Source: Isurus oxyrinchus (lineage: Eukaryota). Taken from it: 64,000 nucleotides of DNA. Shown here piece after piece: positions 45,101 through 57,000 of the stretch (the stretch's first letter is position 1; the number at the start of each line of letters is the position of its first letter). The notes under the pieces were generated by a model. The model had not been told where the DNA came from. It did not search any database and worked only from the letters and a program-made list of their open reading frames with translations. The position numbers and the translations under genes are program-made. The stretch is taken from NCBI GenBank assembly GCA_026770705.1, contig JANJGN010000012.1, positions 29,822,001 through 29,886,000 on the forward strand, read 5' to 3'.

Positions 45101-48100
45101 ACAACATCACTCCATTCAACAAGTGGTGAGTACATGAGTCCTGTCTTATCACTTTGACCATCACTAATCCTTCCAGCCCACTCCGAGGTATAACAGACTA
45201 AACTGGTGAGAGATCAACTGATTATACCAAGGTGCTGACTACAATTGCCCCAAGTAGAATGATGCGCAGATGAGATTTGCTCAGTACTGTTGTTTCAACA
45301 TGGCAAGATATGTGACTAATTTTCATGAGCTGGGACTTCTCACAAGTCGATTCTTTGGGCCTGAATTTTAGAATGTTGTTCCATGCTTTATGAGTGCTCC
45401 CTTAAGCCTATCACATCTTTTAAAAACAGCAGCAACAGAAACTTCAACTGCAAATGCACAGACATCCACAGCAGCAGAAACCTCAACATCAGCTTCTGTT
45501 TCATCAAGTGCAACAGCACAAACTACAGTGAGCTCCACTAAAACTTCAGTAACTGAAACAACAACAGCAACTACTCTAGTCCCATCAAAAAGTGGTGAGT
45601 ATACGAACGTACATTTTGCAGATATTACATTCTCAGTCCAGGCAAAATGCAGGAAAGTAGAAACACATAAAGAAATACGAGAAATGATTCTACTAGTGTG
45701 TTGTTGGCTAGCATGATGCATTGGACTATCATGCGCTCATGACTTTTGGTGAAATACCCTCAGTTAAAAATGAGCTACGTTAGGTTACTCAGGATCTTCC
45801 ATTATTTATTGGTTTTACCAAATCATAGAGCATAACCTATGTACAGAATCATGTGAAAATGACATTGTTTTGAGTAATTCTTTGCATCATGCCCATTTCT
45901 TACTTGCTTTGCATATCTGAAGAAGAAGGGAACTTTTCAGCTATAATATAAAGATGTTGTTCCAGGCATTATGTATACCCCATTCAGTCTATCTGCAATT
46001 TACATAATAGCAGCAACAGAAATTTCAATTGCAAGTACACAGACATCCACTACATCAGAAGCCACCACATCAGCTCCTGCGTCAAGCAGTACGATAGCAA
46101 TAACAACTGCCGGGAACTCTACAGATGCTTCGACCACCGCAGTAACAGCAATCACAACATCACACCCTTCAACATGTGGTGAGTACATGAGTCCTGTCTT
46201 ATCACTTTGACCATCACTAATCCTTCCAGCCCACTCCCAGGTATAACAGACTAAACTGGTGAGAGATCAACTGATTATACCAAGGTGCTGGCTACAATTG
46301 CCTCAAGTAGAATTATGCGCAGATGAGATTTGCTCTGTACTGTTGTTTCAACATGGCAAGATATGTGACTAATTTTCATGAGCAGGGACTTCTCAGAAGT
46401 CGATTCTTTGGGCCAGAATTTTAGAATGTTGTTCCATGCTTTATGAGTGCTCCCTTAAGCCTATCACCTCTTTTAAAAACAGCAGCAGCAGAAACTTCAA
46501 CTGCAAATGCACAGACATCCACAGCAGCAGAAACCTCAACATCAGCTTCTGTTTCATCAAGTGCAACAGCACAAACTACAGTGAGCATCACTCAAACATC
46601 AATAACTGAAACAACAACAGCAACTACTCTAGTCCCATCAAAAAGTGGTGAGTATACGAAAGTACACTTTGCCGATATTACATTCTCAGTCCAGGCAAAA
46701 TGCAGAAAGGAAGAAACACATAAAGAAATGTGAGAAATGATACTACTAGTGTGTTGATGGCTTGAATGATGCATTGGACTATCATGCGCTCATGACTTTT
46801 GGTGAAATACCCTCAGTTAAAAATGAGGCTACGTTCCGTTACTCAGCATCTTCCATTATTTATCGGTTTTACCAAATCATAGAGCATAACCTTTGTACAG
46901 AAGCTTTGATGTAGAGCTCCATGCTCACTGCTTACCTCAATATAACATTGCCTGTTTGAACGTTGGCAGCAGAAACATCGTATTCAAGCACACAGTCATT
47001 CACGTCAGCACTGACCTCTCCGTCTGCTCCTCCCTCAACAAGTGGAACAGCATCAACATCCACTGAAGGCTCTACTGAAGGGTCAACAACTGAAGAATCG
47101 ACAATCACTACGTCACTCCCAACAACAAGAGGTAAGAAAACAAAAGCACTCTTTGCAACCATTCCATTATGAATTCATTCAAACAGCTGGATGATAGAAT
47201 TACTTACACAAAAGCTATTGAAACATTACAGGAGTATGTTGTTGTTACACTTTCCCACAGTTAACGTTATGTCAAACTCACTTGATACTCTAACGCTGCC
47301 ACAATACCCGGCCACGTTATCTTTATTAGTGTCTTTGAGTAAATGCGAGTTCCAACAAAAAGTGTGGCACAAATGTTGTTCAAAAACTATCATATATTGT
47401 TCCAACTTTTTCATTTCCCTCAATAATAATATATCCCTTCTTCAATCTCAGTGGCAGAAGTATCAACAAATACACAGACGTTCACATTAGCACCGACCTC
47501 TACATCAGCTTCTGCCACAACAAGTACAAAAGCACCAACATCTACAGCAAGCTCGACAGAAGCATCGACATCCGAGGCAACGACAGTTACAACCTCACTC
47601 CCTTCCTCAAGTGGTGAGTAGCTGAGTGTTCTCCAATCAGTTCTAACATTCAGATTTCGTTCACGTACTGAATGTTGAGAAACAGACAATAGACTTGGAA
47701 GAATAGAATATAGCATCAAGTCGGCTATGAATGTGCAGAGGACAATCATGTGAAAATGACATTATTTTGATTAATTCTTTGCATCATGGCCATTTGTTAC
47801 TTGCTTTGCATATCTGACGAAGAAGGCAACTTTTCAGCTATAATATAATGATGTTGTTCCAGGCATTACGTATACCCCATTCAGTCTATCTTCAATTTCT
47901 ATAAAAGCAGCAACAGAAATTTCAATTGCAAGTACACAGACATCCACTACATCAGAAGCCACCACATCAGCTCCTGCGTCAAGCAGTACGATAGCGATGA
48001 CAACTGCCGGGAACTCTACAGATGCATCGACCGCTGCAGTAACATCAATCACAACATCACTCCTTTCAACAAGTGGTGAGTACATGAGTCCTGTCTTATG

Positions 48101-50984
48101 ATTTTGACCATCACTAATCCTTCCAGCCCACTCCGAGGTATAACAGACTAAACTGGTGAGAGATCAAATGATTATACCAAGGTGCTGGCTACAATTGCCC
48201 CAAGTAGAATAATGCGCAGATTAGATTTGCTCAGTACTGTTGTTTCAACATGGCAAGATATGTGACTAATTTTCATCAGCTGGGACTTCTCACAAGTCGA
48301 TTCTTTGGGCCAGAATTTTAGAATGTTGTTCCATGCTTTTTGAGAGCTCCCTTGAGCCTATCACCTCTTTTAAAAACAGCAGCAACGGAAACTTCAACTG
48401 CAAATGCACAGACATCCACAGCAGCAGAAACCTCAACATCAGCTTCTGTTTCCTCAAGTGCAACAGCACAAACTACAGTGATCTCCACTAAAACATCAAT
48501 AACTGAAACAACAACAGCAACTACTCTAGTCCCATCAAAAAGTGGTGAGGAGACGAATGTACACTTTGCAGATATTACATTCTCAGTACAGGCAAAATGC
48601 AGGAAGGTAGAAACACATAAAGAAATATGAGAAATGATTCTACTAGTGTGTTGTTGGCTAGCATGATGCATTGGACTATCATGCGCTCATGACTTTTGGT
48701 GAAATACCCCTCAGTTAAAAATGAGGCTACGTTACGTAACTCAGGATCTTCCATTTTTTATCGGTTTTACCAAATCAGAGAGTATAACCTTTGTACAGAA
48801 CCTTTGATGTACTCTCCATGCTCACTGCTTACCTCAATAAAACATTGCCTGTTTGAATGTTGGCAGCAGAAATATCGTACTCAAGTACACAGACATCCAC
48901 GGTAGCACTGACCTCTACATCTGCTCCTCCCTCAACAAGTGGAACAGCATCAACATCCACCGCAGGCTATACTGAACGGTCAACAACTGAAGAATCAACA
49001 ATCACTACGTCACTCCCAACAACAAGAGGTAAGAAAACAACAGCACTCTTTACAACCATTCCATTATGAATTCATTCAAACAGCTGGGCGATAGAATTAC
49101 TTACACAAAAGCTATTGAAACATTACAGGAGTATGTTGTTGTTACACTTTCCCACAGTTAACGTTATGTCAAAATCTCTTGGGTACTCTAACGCTGCCAC
49201 AATTCTCGGCCACATTATCTTTCTTAGTGTATTTCAGTAAATGTGAGTTCCAACAAAAAGTGGGGCACATATGTTGCTCAAAACTTTCATATATTGTTCC
49301 AACTTTTTCATTTCCCTCAATAAAAATATATCCCTTCTTCAATCACAGTGGCAGAAGCATCAACAACAAATACTCAGACGTCCACAGTAGCACCTACCTC
49401 TACATCAGCTTCTGCCACAACAAGTACAATAGCACGAACATCTACAGCAAGCTCGACAGAAGCATCGACATCTGAGGCAACGACAGTTACAACCTCACTC
49501 CCTTCATCAAGTGGTGAGTAGCTGAGTGCTCTCTGCTCAGTTCTACATTCAGATTTCGTTCACATGCTGAATGTTGAGAAACAGACAATAGACTTGGAAG
49601 AATAGAATATAGCATCAAGTCGGCTATGAATGTGCAGAGGACAATCATGTGAAAATGACATTGTTTTGATTAATTCTTTGCATCATGGTCATTTGTTACT
49701 TGCTTTGCATATCTGACGAAGAAGGCAACTTTTCAGCTATAATAAAGATGTTGTTCCAGGCATTATGTATACCCCATTCAGTCTTTCTTCAATTTCTATA
49801 ATACCAGCAACAGAAATTTCAATTGCAAGTACACAGATATCCACGACATCAGAAGCCACCACATCACCTCCTGCGTCAAGCAGTACGATAGCGATGACAA
49901 CTGCCAGGAACTCTACAGATGCATCGACCACTGCAGTAACATCAATCACAACATCACACCCTTCAACAAGTGGTGAGTACATGAGTCCTGTCTTATCACT
50001 TTGACCATCACTAATCCTTCAAAAGATGTAACACCTGCCCCTTCACTTCCTCTCTACTCACCGTCCAAGGGCCCAAACACTCCTTTCAAGTGAAGCAGCA
50101 TTTCACTTGCATTTCCCCCAACTTAGTCTACTGCATTCGTTGCTCCCAATGTGGTCTCCTCTACATTGGAGAGACCAAACGTAACCTGGGCGACCGCTTT
50201 GCAGAACACCTGCGGTCTGTCCGCAAGAATGACCCAAACCTCCCTGTCGCTTGCCATTTTAATACTCCACCCTGCTCTCTTGCCCACATGTCTGTCCTTG
50301 GCTTACTGCATTGTTCCAGTGAAGCCCAACGCAAACTGGAGGAACAACACCTCATCTTCCGACTAGGCACCTTACAGCCTTCCGGTCTGAATATTGAATT
50401 CAATAACTTTAGGTCGTGAGCTCCCTCCCCTATCCCCACCCCCTTTCTGTTTCCCCCTTTTTTTCCCCTTTTTTTTCCCTATAAATTTTATAGATTTTTC
50501 TTTTCCCACCTATTTCCATTATTTTTAAATATTTTAAAATCTTTTATGCTCCCCCCACCCCCACTAGAGCTGTACCTTGAGTGCCCTACCATCCATTCTT
50601 AATTAGCACATTCGTTTAGATAATATCACCAACTTTAACTTTAACACCTATGTGTTCTTTTGTCCCATTGTCACTGACATCTTTTGATGATCTGCTTCTA
50701 TCACTCAGCAGGTCTGGCAGCATCGGCGGAGAAGAAAAGAGTTGACCTTTCGAGTCTTCATGACCCTTCGACAGAACAAGTTCTGTCGAAGGGTCATGAG
50801 GACTCGAAACGTCAACTCTTTTCTTCTCCGCCGATGCTGCCAGACCTGCTGAGTTTTTCCAGGTAATTCTGTTTTTGTTTTGGATTTCCAGCATCCGCAG
50901 TTTCCTTTGTTTTTATATTTGCTTCTATCAATGCTTGTTTGTCTACACAAGCACCTCTGTCTCTCTCTCTCTCTCTCCGCCCCC

Positions 50985-51015
<31 letters not shown>

Positions 51016-54000
51016 ACCTTAAACCAGCTTATATTTCAACTCTTTCCTGGACTCGAAATCAAGTTCTGTCGAAGGGTCATGAAGACTCGAAACGTCAACT
51101 CTTTTCTTCTCCGCCGATGCTGCCAGACCTGCTGAGTTTTTCCAGGTAATTCTGTTTTTGTTTTGGATTTCCAGCATCTGCAGTTTTGTTTTGTCTTGTA
51201 CTAATCCTTCCAGCCCACTCCGAGTTATAACAGACTAAACTGGTGAGAGATCAACTGATTATACCAAGGTGCTGGCTACAATTGCCCCAAGTAGAATAAT
51301 GCGCAGATTAGATTTGCTCAGTACTGTTGTTTCAACATGGCAAGATATGTGACTAATTTTCATGGGCTGGGACTTCTCAGAAGTCGATTCTTTGGGCCTG
51401 AATTTTAGAATGTTGTTCCATGCTCTATGAGTGCTCTCTAAATTCTATCACCTCTTTTAATAACAGCAGCAACAGAAACTTCAACTGCAAATGCACAGAC
51501 ATCCACAAGAGCAGAAAGCTCAACATCAGCTTCTGTTTCATCAAGTGCAACAGCACAAACTACAGTGAGGTCCACTAAAACATCAATAACTGAAACAACA
51601 AAAGCAACTACTCTAGTCCCATCAAAAAGTCGTGAATATACAAAAGAACACTTTGCAGATATTGCATTCTCAGTCCAGGCAAAATGCAGGAAGGTAGAAA
51701 CACAAAGAAATGTGAGAAATGATTCTACTAGTGTGTTGTTGGCTAGCATGATGCATTGGACTTTCATGCGCCCATGACGTTTAGTGAAATACCCTCAGTT
51801 AAAAACGAGGCTACGTTAGGTTACTCAGGATCTTCCATTATTTATCGGTTTTACCAAATCGTAGAGCATAACCTTTGTACAGAAGCTTTGATGTACTCTC
51901 CATGCTCACTGCTTACCTCAATAAAACATTGCCTGTTTGAATGTTGGCAGCAGAAACATCGTATTCAAGTACACAGACATCCACGGCAGCACTGCCCTCT
52001 ACGTCTGCTCCTCCCTCAACAAGTGGAACAGCATCAACATCCATCACAGGCTCTACTGAAAGGGCAACAACTGAAGAATCGACAATCACTACATCACTCC
52101 CAACAACAAGAGGTAAGAAAACAAAGCACTCTTTGCAACCATTCCATTATGAATACATTCAAATAGCTGGACGATAGAATTACTTACACAAAAGCTATTG
52201 AAACATTACAGGAGTATGTTGTTGTTACACTTTCCCACAGTTAACGTTATGTCAAAATCTCCTGGTACTCTAACGCTGCCACAATTCTCGGCCACGTTAT
52301 CTTTCTTAGTGTCTTTGAGTAAATGCGAGTTCCAACAAAATTGGGGCACAAATGTTGTTCAAAAACTTTCATATATTGTTCCAACTTTTCCATTTCTCTC
52401 AATAACAATATATTCCTTCTTCAATCACAGTGGCAGAAGTATCAACAAATACTCAGACATCCACAGTAGCACCGACCTCTACATCAGCTCCTGCCACAAC
52501 AAGTACAATAGCACCAACATCTACAGCAAGCTCGACAGAAGCATCGACATCTGAGGCAACGACAGTTACAACCTCACTCCCTTCAACAAGTGGTGAGTAG
52601 CTGAGTGCTCTCTGCTCAGTTCTAACATTCACATTTCTCTCACCTACTGAATGTTGAGAAACAGACAATAGACTTGTAAGAAAAGAATATAGTTGGCTAT
52701 GAATGTGGAGAGGACAATCTTGTGAAAATGACATGGTTTTGATTACATCTTTGCAAAATGGCCATTTGTTAATTGCTTTGCATATCTGACAAAGAAGGCA
52801 ACTTTTCAGGTATAATTTAATGATGTTGTTCCAGGCATTATGTATACCCCATTCAGTCTTTCTTCAATTTTCATAATAGCAGCAACAGAAATTTCAACTG
52901 CAAGTATACAGACATCCACTACATCAGAAGCCACCACATCAGCTCCTGCCTTAAGCAGTACGATAGCGATGACAACTGCTGGGAGCTCTACAGATGCATC
53001 AACCACTTCAGTAACATCAATCACAACATCACTTCCTTCAACAAGTGGTGAGTGCACGAGTCCTGTATTATCACTTTGACCATCACTAATCCTTCCAGCC
53101 CACTCCGTGGTATAACAGACGAAACTGGAGAGAGATCAACTGATTATACCAAGATGCTGGCTTCAATTCCCCCAAGTAGAATAATGTACTGATGAGCTTT
53201 GCTCAGTACTGTTGTTTCAACATGGCAAACTACGTTACAAATTTTCATGAGCTGGGAGTTCTTAGAAGTCGATTCTTTGGGCCAGAATTTTAGAATGTTG
53301 TTCCACGCTTTTTGAGTGCACCCTTAAGCCTATCACCTCTTTTAATAACAGCAGCAACAGAAACTTCAACTGCAAAAGCACAGACATCCACAGCAGCAGT
53401 AACTTCAACATCAGCTTCTGTTTCATCAAGTGCAACAGCACAAAGTACAGTGAGCTCCACTAAAACATCAATAACTGAAACAACAACAGCATCTACTCTA
53501 GTCCCATCAAAAAGTGGTGAGTATACGAAAGTACACTTTGCAGATATTACATTCTCAGTCCAGGCAAAATGCAGGAATGTAGAAACACATAAAGAAATGT
53601 GAGAAATGATTCTACTAATGTATTGTTGGCTAGAATGATGCATTGGACAATCATGCAGTCATGACTTTTGGTGAAATACCCTCCATTGAAACGAGGCTAC
53701 AATATGTTACTCAAGAGCTTCCATTACTTACTGGTTTTACCAAATCAGTGAGCATAACCCATGTGCAGAAGCTTTGATATACTCTCCATGCTCTCTGCTT
53801 ACCTCAATAAAACATTGCCTGTTTGAATTTTGGCAGCAGAAATATCATCTTCAAGTACACAGGCATCCACGGCAGCACTGACCTCTACATCTGCTCCTCC
53901 CTCAACAAGTGGAACAACATCAACATTTACCGCACGTTCTACTGAAGGGTCAACAACAGAAGAATCGACAATCAGTATGTCACTCTCAACAACACGTGGT

Positions 54001-57000
54001 GAGAAAACAAAAGCACTCTTTGCAACCATTCCTTTATGAATTCATTCAAACTGCTGGATGTTAGAATTACATACTGAAAAGCTATTGAAATATTACAGGA
54101 GTATGTTGTTGCTACAATTTCCCAGTTTTAATGTTACGTCAAACTGTCTGGGTACTCTAACGATTACCGGCCACATATCTTTCTTAGTGTCTTTCAGTAA
54201 ATGCGAGTTCCAACAGAAATTGGGGCACAAATATTGTTCAAAAACTTTAATATATTGTTCCAACTTTTTCATTTCCCTCAATAACAATATATCCCTTCTT
54301 CAATCACAGTGGCAGAAGCATCAACAACAAATACACAGACGTCCACAGCAGCACCGACTCCTACATCAGCTCCTGCTTCAACAGGTACAATAGCACCAAC
54401 ATCTACAGCAAGCTCGACAGAAGCATCGACATCTGAGGCAACGACAGTTACAACCTCACTCCCTTCATCAAGTGGTGAGTTGCTGAGTGCTCTCTGCTCA
54501 GTTCTACCATTCAGATTTCTTTCACCTATTGAATGTTAAGAAACAGACAATAGACTTGGAAGAATAGAATATAGCATCAAGTTGGCTCTGAAAGTGCAGA
54601 GGACAATCAGGTGAAAATGACACTGTTTTGATTAATTCTTTGCAACATGGTCATTCGTTATTTTCTTTGCATATCTGACGAAGAAGGCAACTTTTCAGCT
54701 ATATTATAAAGATGTTGTTCCAGGCATTATGCATAACCCATTCAGTCTAACTTCAATTTTCATAATAGCAGCAACAGAAATTTCAATTGCAAGTACACAG
54801 ACATCCACTACATCAGAAGCCACCACATCAGCTCCTGCGTCAAGCAGTACAATAGCGATGACAACTGCCGGGAACTCTACAGATGCATCGACCACTGCAG
54901 TAACATCAATCACAACATCAATCCCTTCAACAAGTGGTGAGTACATGAGTCCTGTCTTATCACTTTGACCATCACTAATCCTTCCAGCCCACTCCGAGGT
55001 ATAACAGACTAAACTGGAGAGAGATCAACTGATTACAGCAAGGTGCTGGCTACAATTGCCCCAAATAGAATCATGCGCAGATGAGATTTGCTCAGTGCAG
55101 TTGTTTCAACATGGCAAGCTATGTTACTAATTTTCATGAGCTGGGAGGTCTTAGAAGTCGATTCTTTGGGCCAGAATTTTAGAATGTTGTTCCATGCTTT
55201 TTGAGTGCACCCTTAAGCCTATCACCTCTTTTAATAACAGCAGCAACAGAAACTTCAACTGCAAATGCACAGACATCCACAGCAGCAGAAACCTCAACAT
55301 CAGCTTCTGTCTCAACAACTGCAACAGCACAAACTACAGTGAGCTCCACTAATACATCAATAACTGAAACAACAACAGCAACTACCCTAGTCCTATCAAA
55401 AAGTGGTGAGTATACGAAAGTACACTTTGCAGATATTACATTCTCAGTCCAGGCAAAATGCAGGAAGGTAGAAACACATAAAGAAATGTGAGAAATGATT
55501 CTACTAATGTATTGTTGGTTAGAATGATGCATTGGACTATCATGCGCTCATGACTTTTGGTGAAATGCCCTACACTGAAATGAGGCTACATTATGTTACT
55601 CAAGATCTTCCATTATTTTCTGGTTTTACCAAATCATAGGGCATAACCTTTGTGCAGAAGCTTTTATATACTCTCCATGCTCTCTGCTCACTTCAATAAA
55701 ACATTGCCTGGTTGAACGTTGGCAGCAGAAACATCGCATTCAAGTACACAGAGTTAATGTTATGTTAAACTGTCTTGGTACTCTAACGTTGCCACAATTT
55801 TCGGCCACGTGATCTTTCTTAGTGTCTTTCAATAAATGCGAGTTCCAACAAAAAGTGGGGCACGAATGTTGTTCAAAAACATTCATATATTGTTTCATCT
55901 TTTTCATTTCGAACAATAAAAATATATCCTTTCTTCAGTCACAGCAGCAGAAGCATCAACAATAAATACTCAGACATCCACAGTAGCACCGACCTCTACA
56001 TCAGCTCCTGCCACAACAAGTACAATAGCACCAACATCTACAGCAAGCTCGACAGAAGCATCGACATCTGAGGCAACGACAGTGGCAGCCTCACTCCCTT
56101 CATCAAGTGGTGAGCAGCTGAGTGCTCTCTAATATTCTGAATTATTTCACCTACTGAATGTTGAGAAACAGACGATAGACTTGTAAGAAAAGAATGTAGC
56201 ATGTAGTTGGCTATGATTGTGCAATCTTGTGTAAATGACATTGTTTCGATTAATTCTTTGTTAAATCTCCATTTGTTACTTGTTTTGAATATCTGATGAA
56301 GAAGGCAACTTTTCAGCTATAATATAACGATGTTGTTCCAGGCATTATGTATACCCCATTCAGTTTTTCTTCAATTTTCATAATAGCAGCAACAGAAATT
56401 TCAACAGCAAGTACAGAGACATCCACTACATCAGAAGCCACCACATCAGCTCCTGCCTCAAGCAGTATGATAGCGATGACAACTGCCGGGAGCTCTACAG
56501 ATGCATCGACCACTGCAGTAACATCAATCACAACATCAATCCCTTCAACAAAGGGTGAGTATATGAGTCCTGTATTATCACTTTGACCATCCCTAATCCT
56601 TCCAGCCCACTCTGAGGTATAACAGACTAAACTGGAGAAAGATCAACTGATTATACCAAGGTGCTGGCTACAATTGCCCCAAGTAGAATAATGCACAGAT
56701 GAGCTCTGCTCAGTACTGTTGTTTCAACATGGCAAACTACGTTACTAATTTTCATGAGCTGGGATTTCTTAGAAGACGATTTATTGGGCCAGATTTTTAG
56801 AATGTTGTTCCATGCTTTTTGAGTGCTCCCTTAAGCCCATCAACTCTGTTAATAACAGCAGCAAACAAAACATCAACTGCAAATGCACAGACATCCACAG
56901 CAGCAGAAACCTCAACATCAGCTTCTGTTTCATCAAGTGCATCAGCACAAACTACAGTGAGCTCCACTAAAACATCAATAACTGAAAAAACAACAGCCAC

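Larger units (their letters stand above)
50021..51199 (+). mobile_element. 5'-truncated Penelope-like retroelement inserted in an A-B intron
   Basis: 11-bp target-site duplication ACTAATCCTTC (50010-50020 and 51200-51210). The empty site is present in other units. Contains a GIY-YIG ORF fragment and a 3' region with hammerhead-like motifs. Confidence 0.9.
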
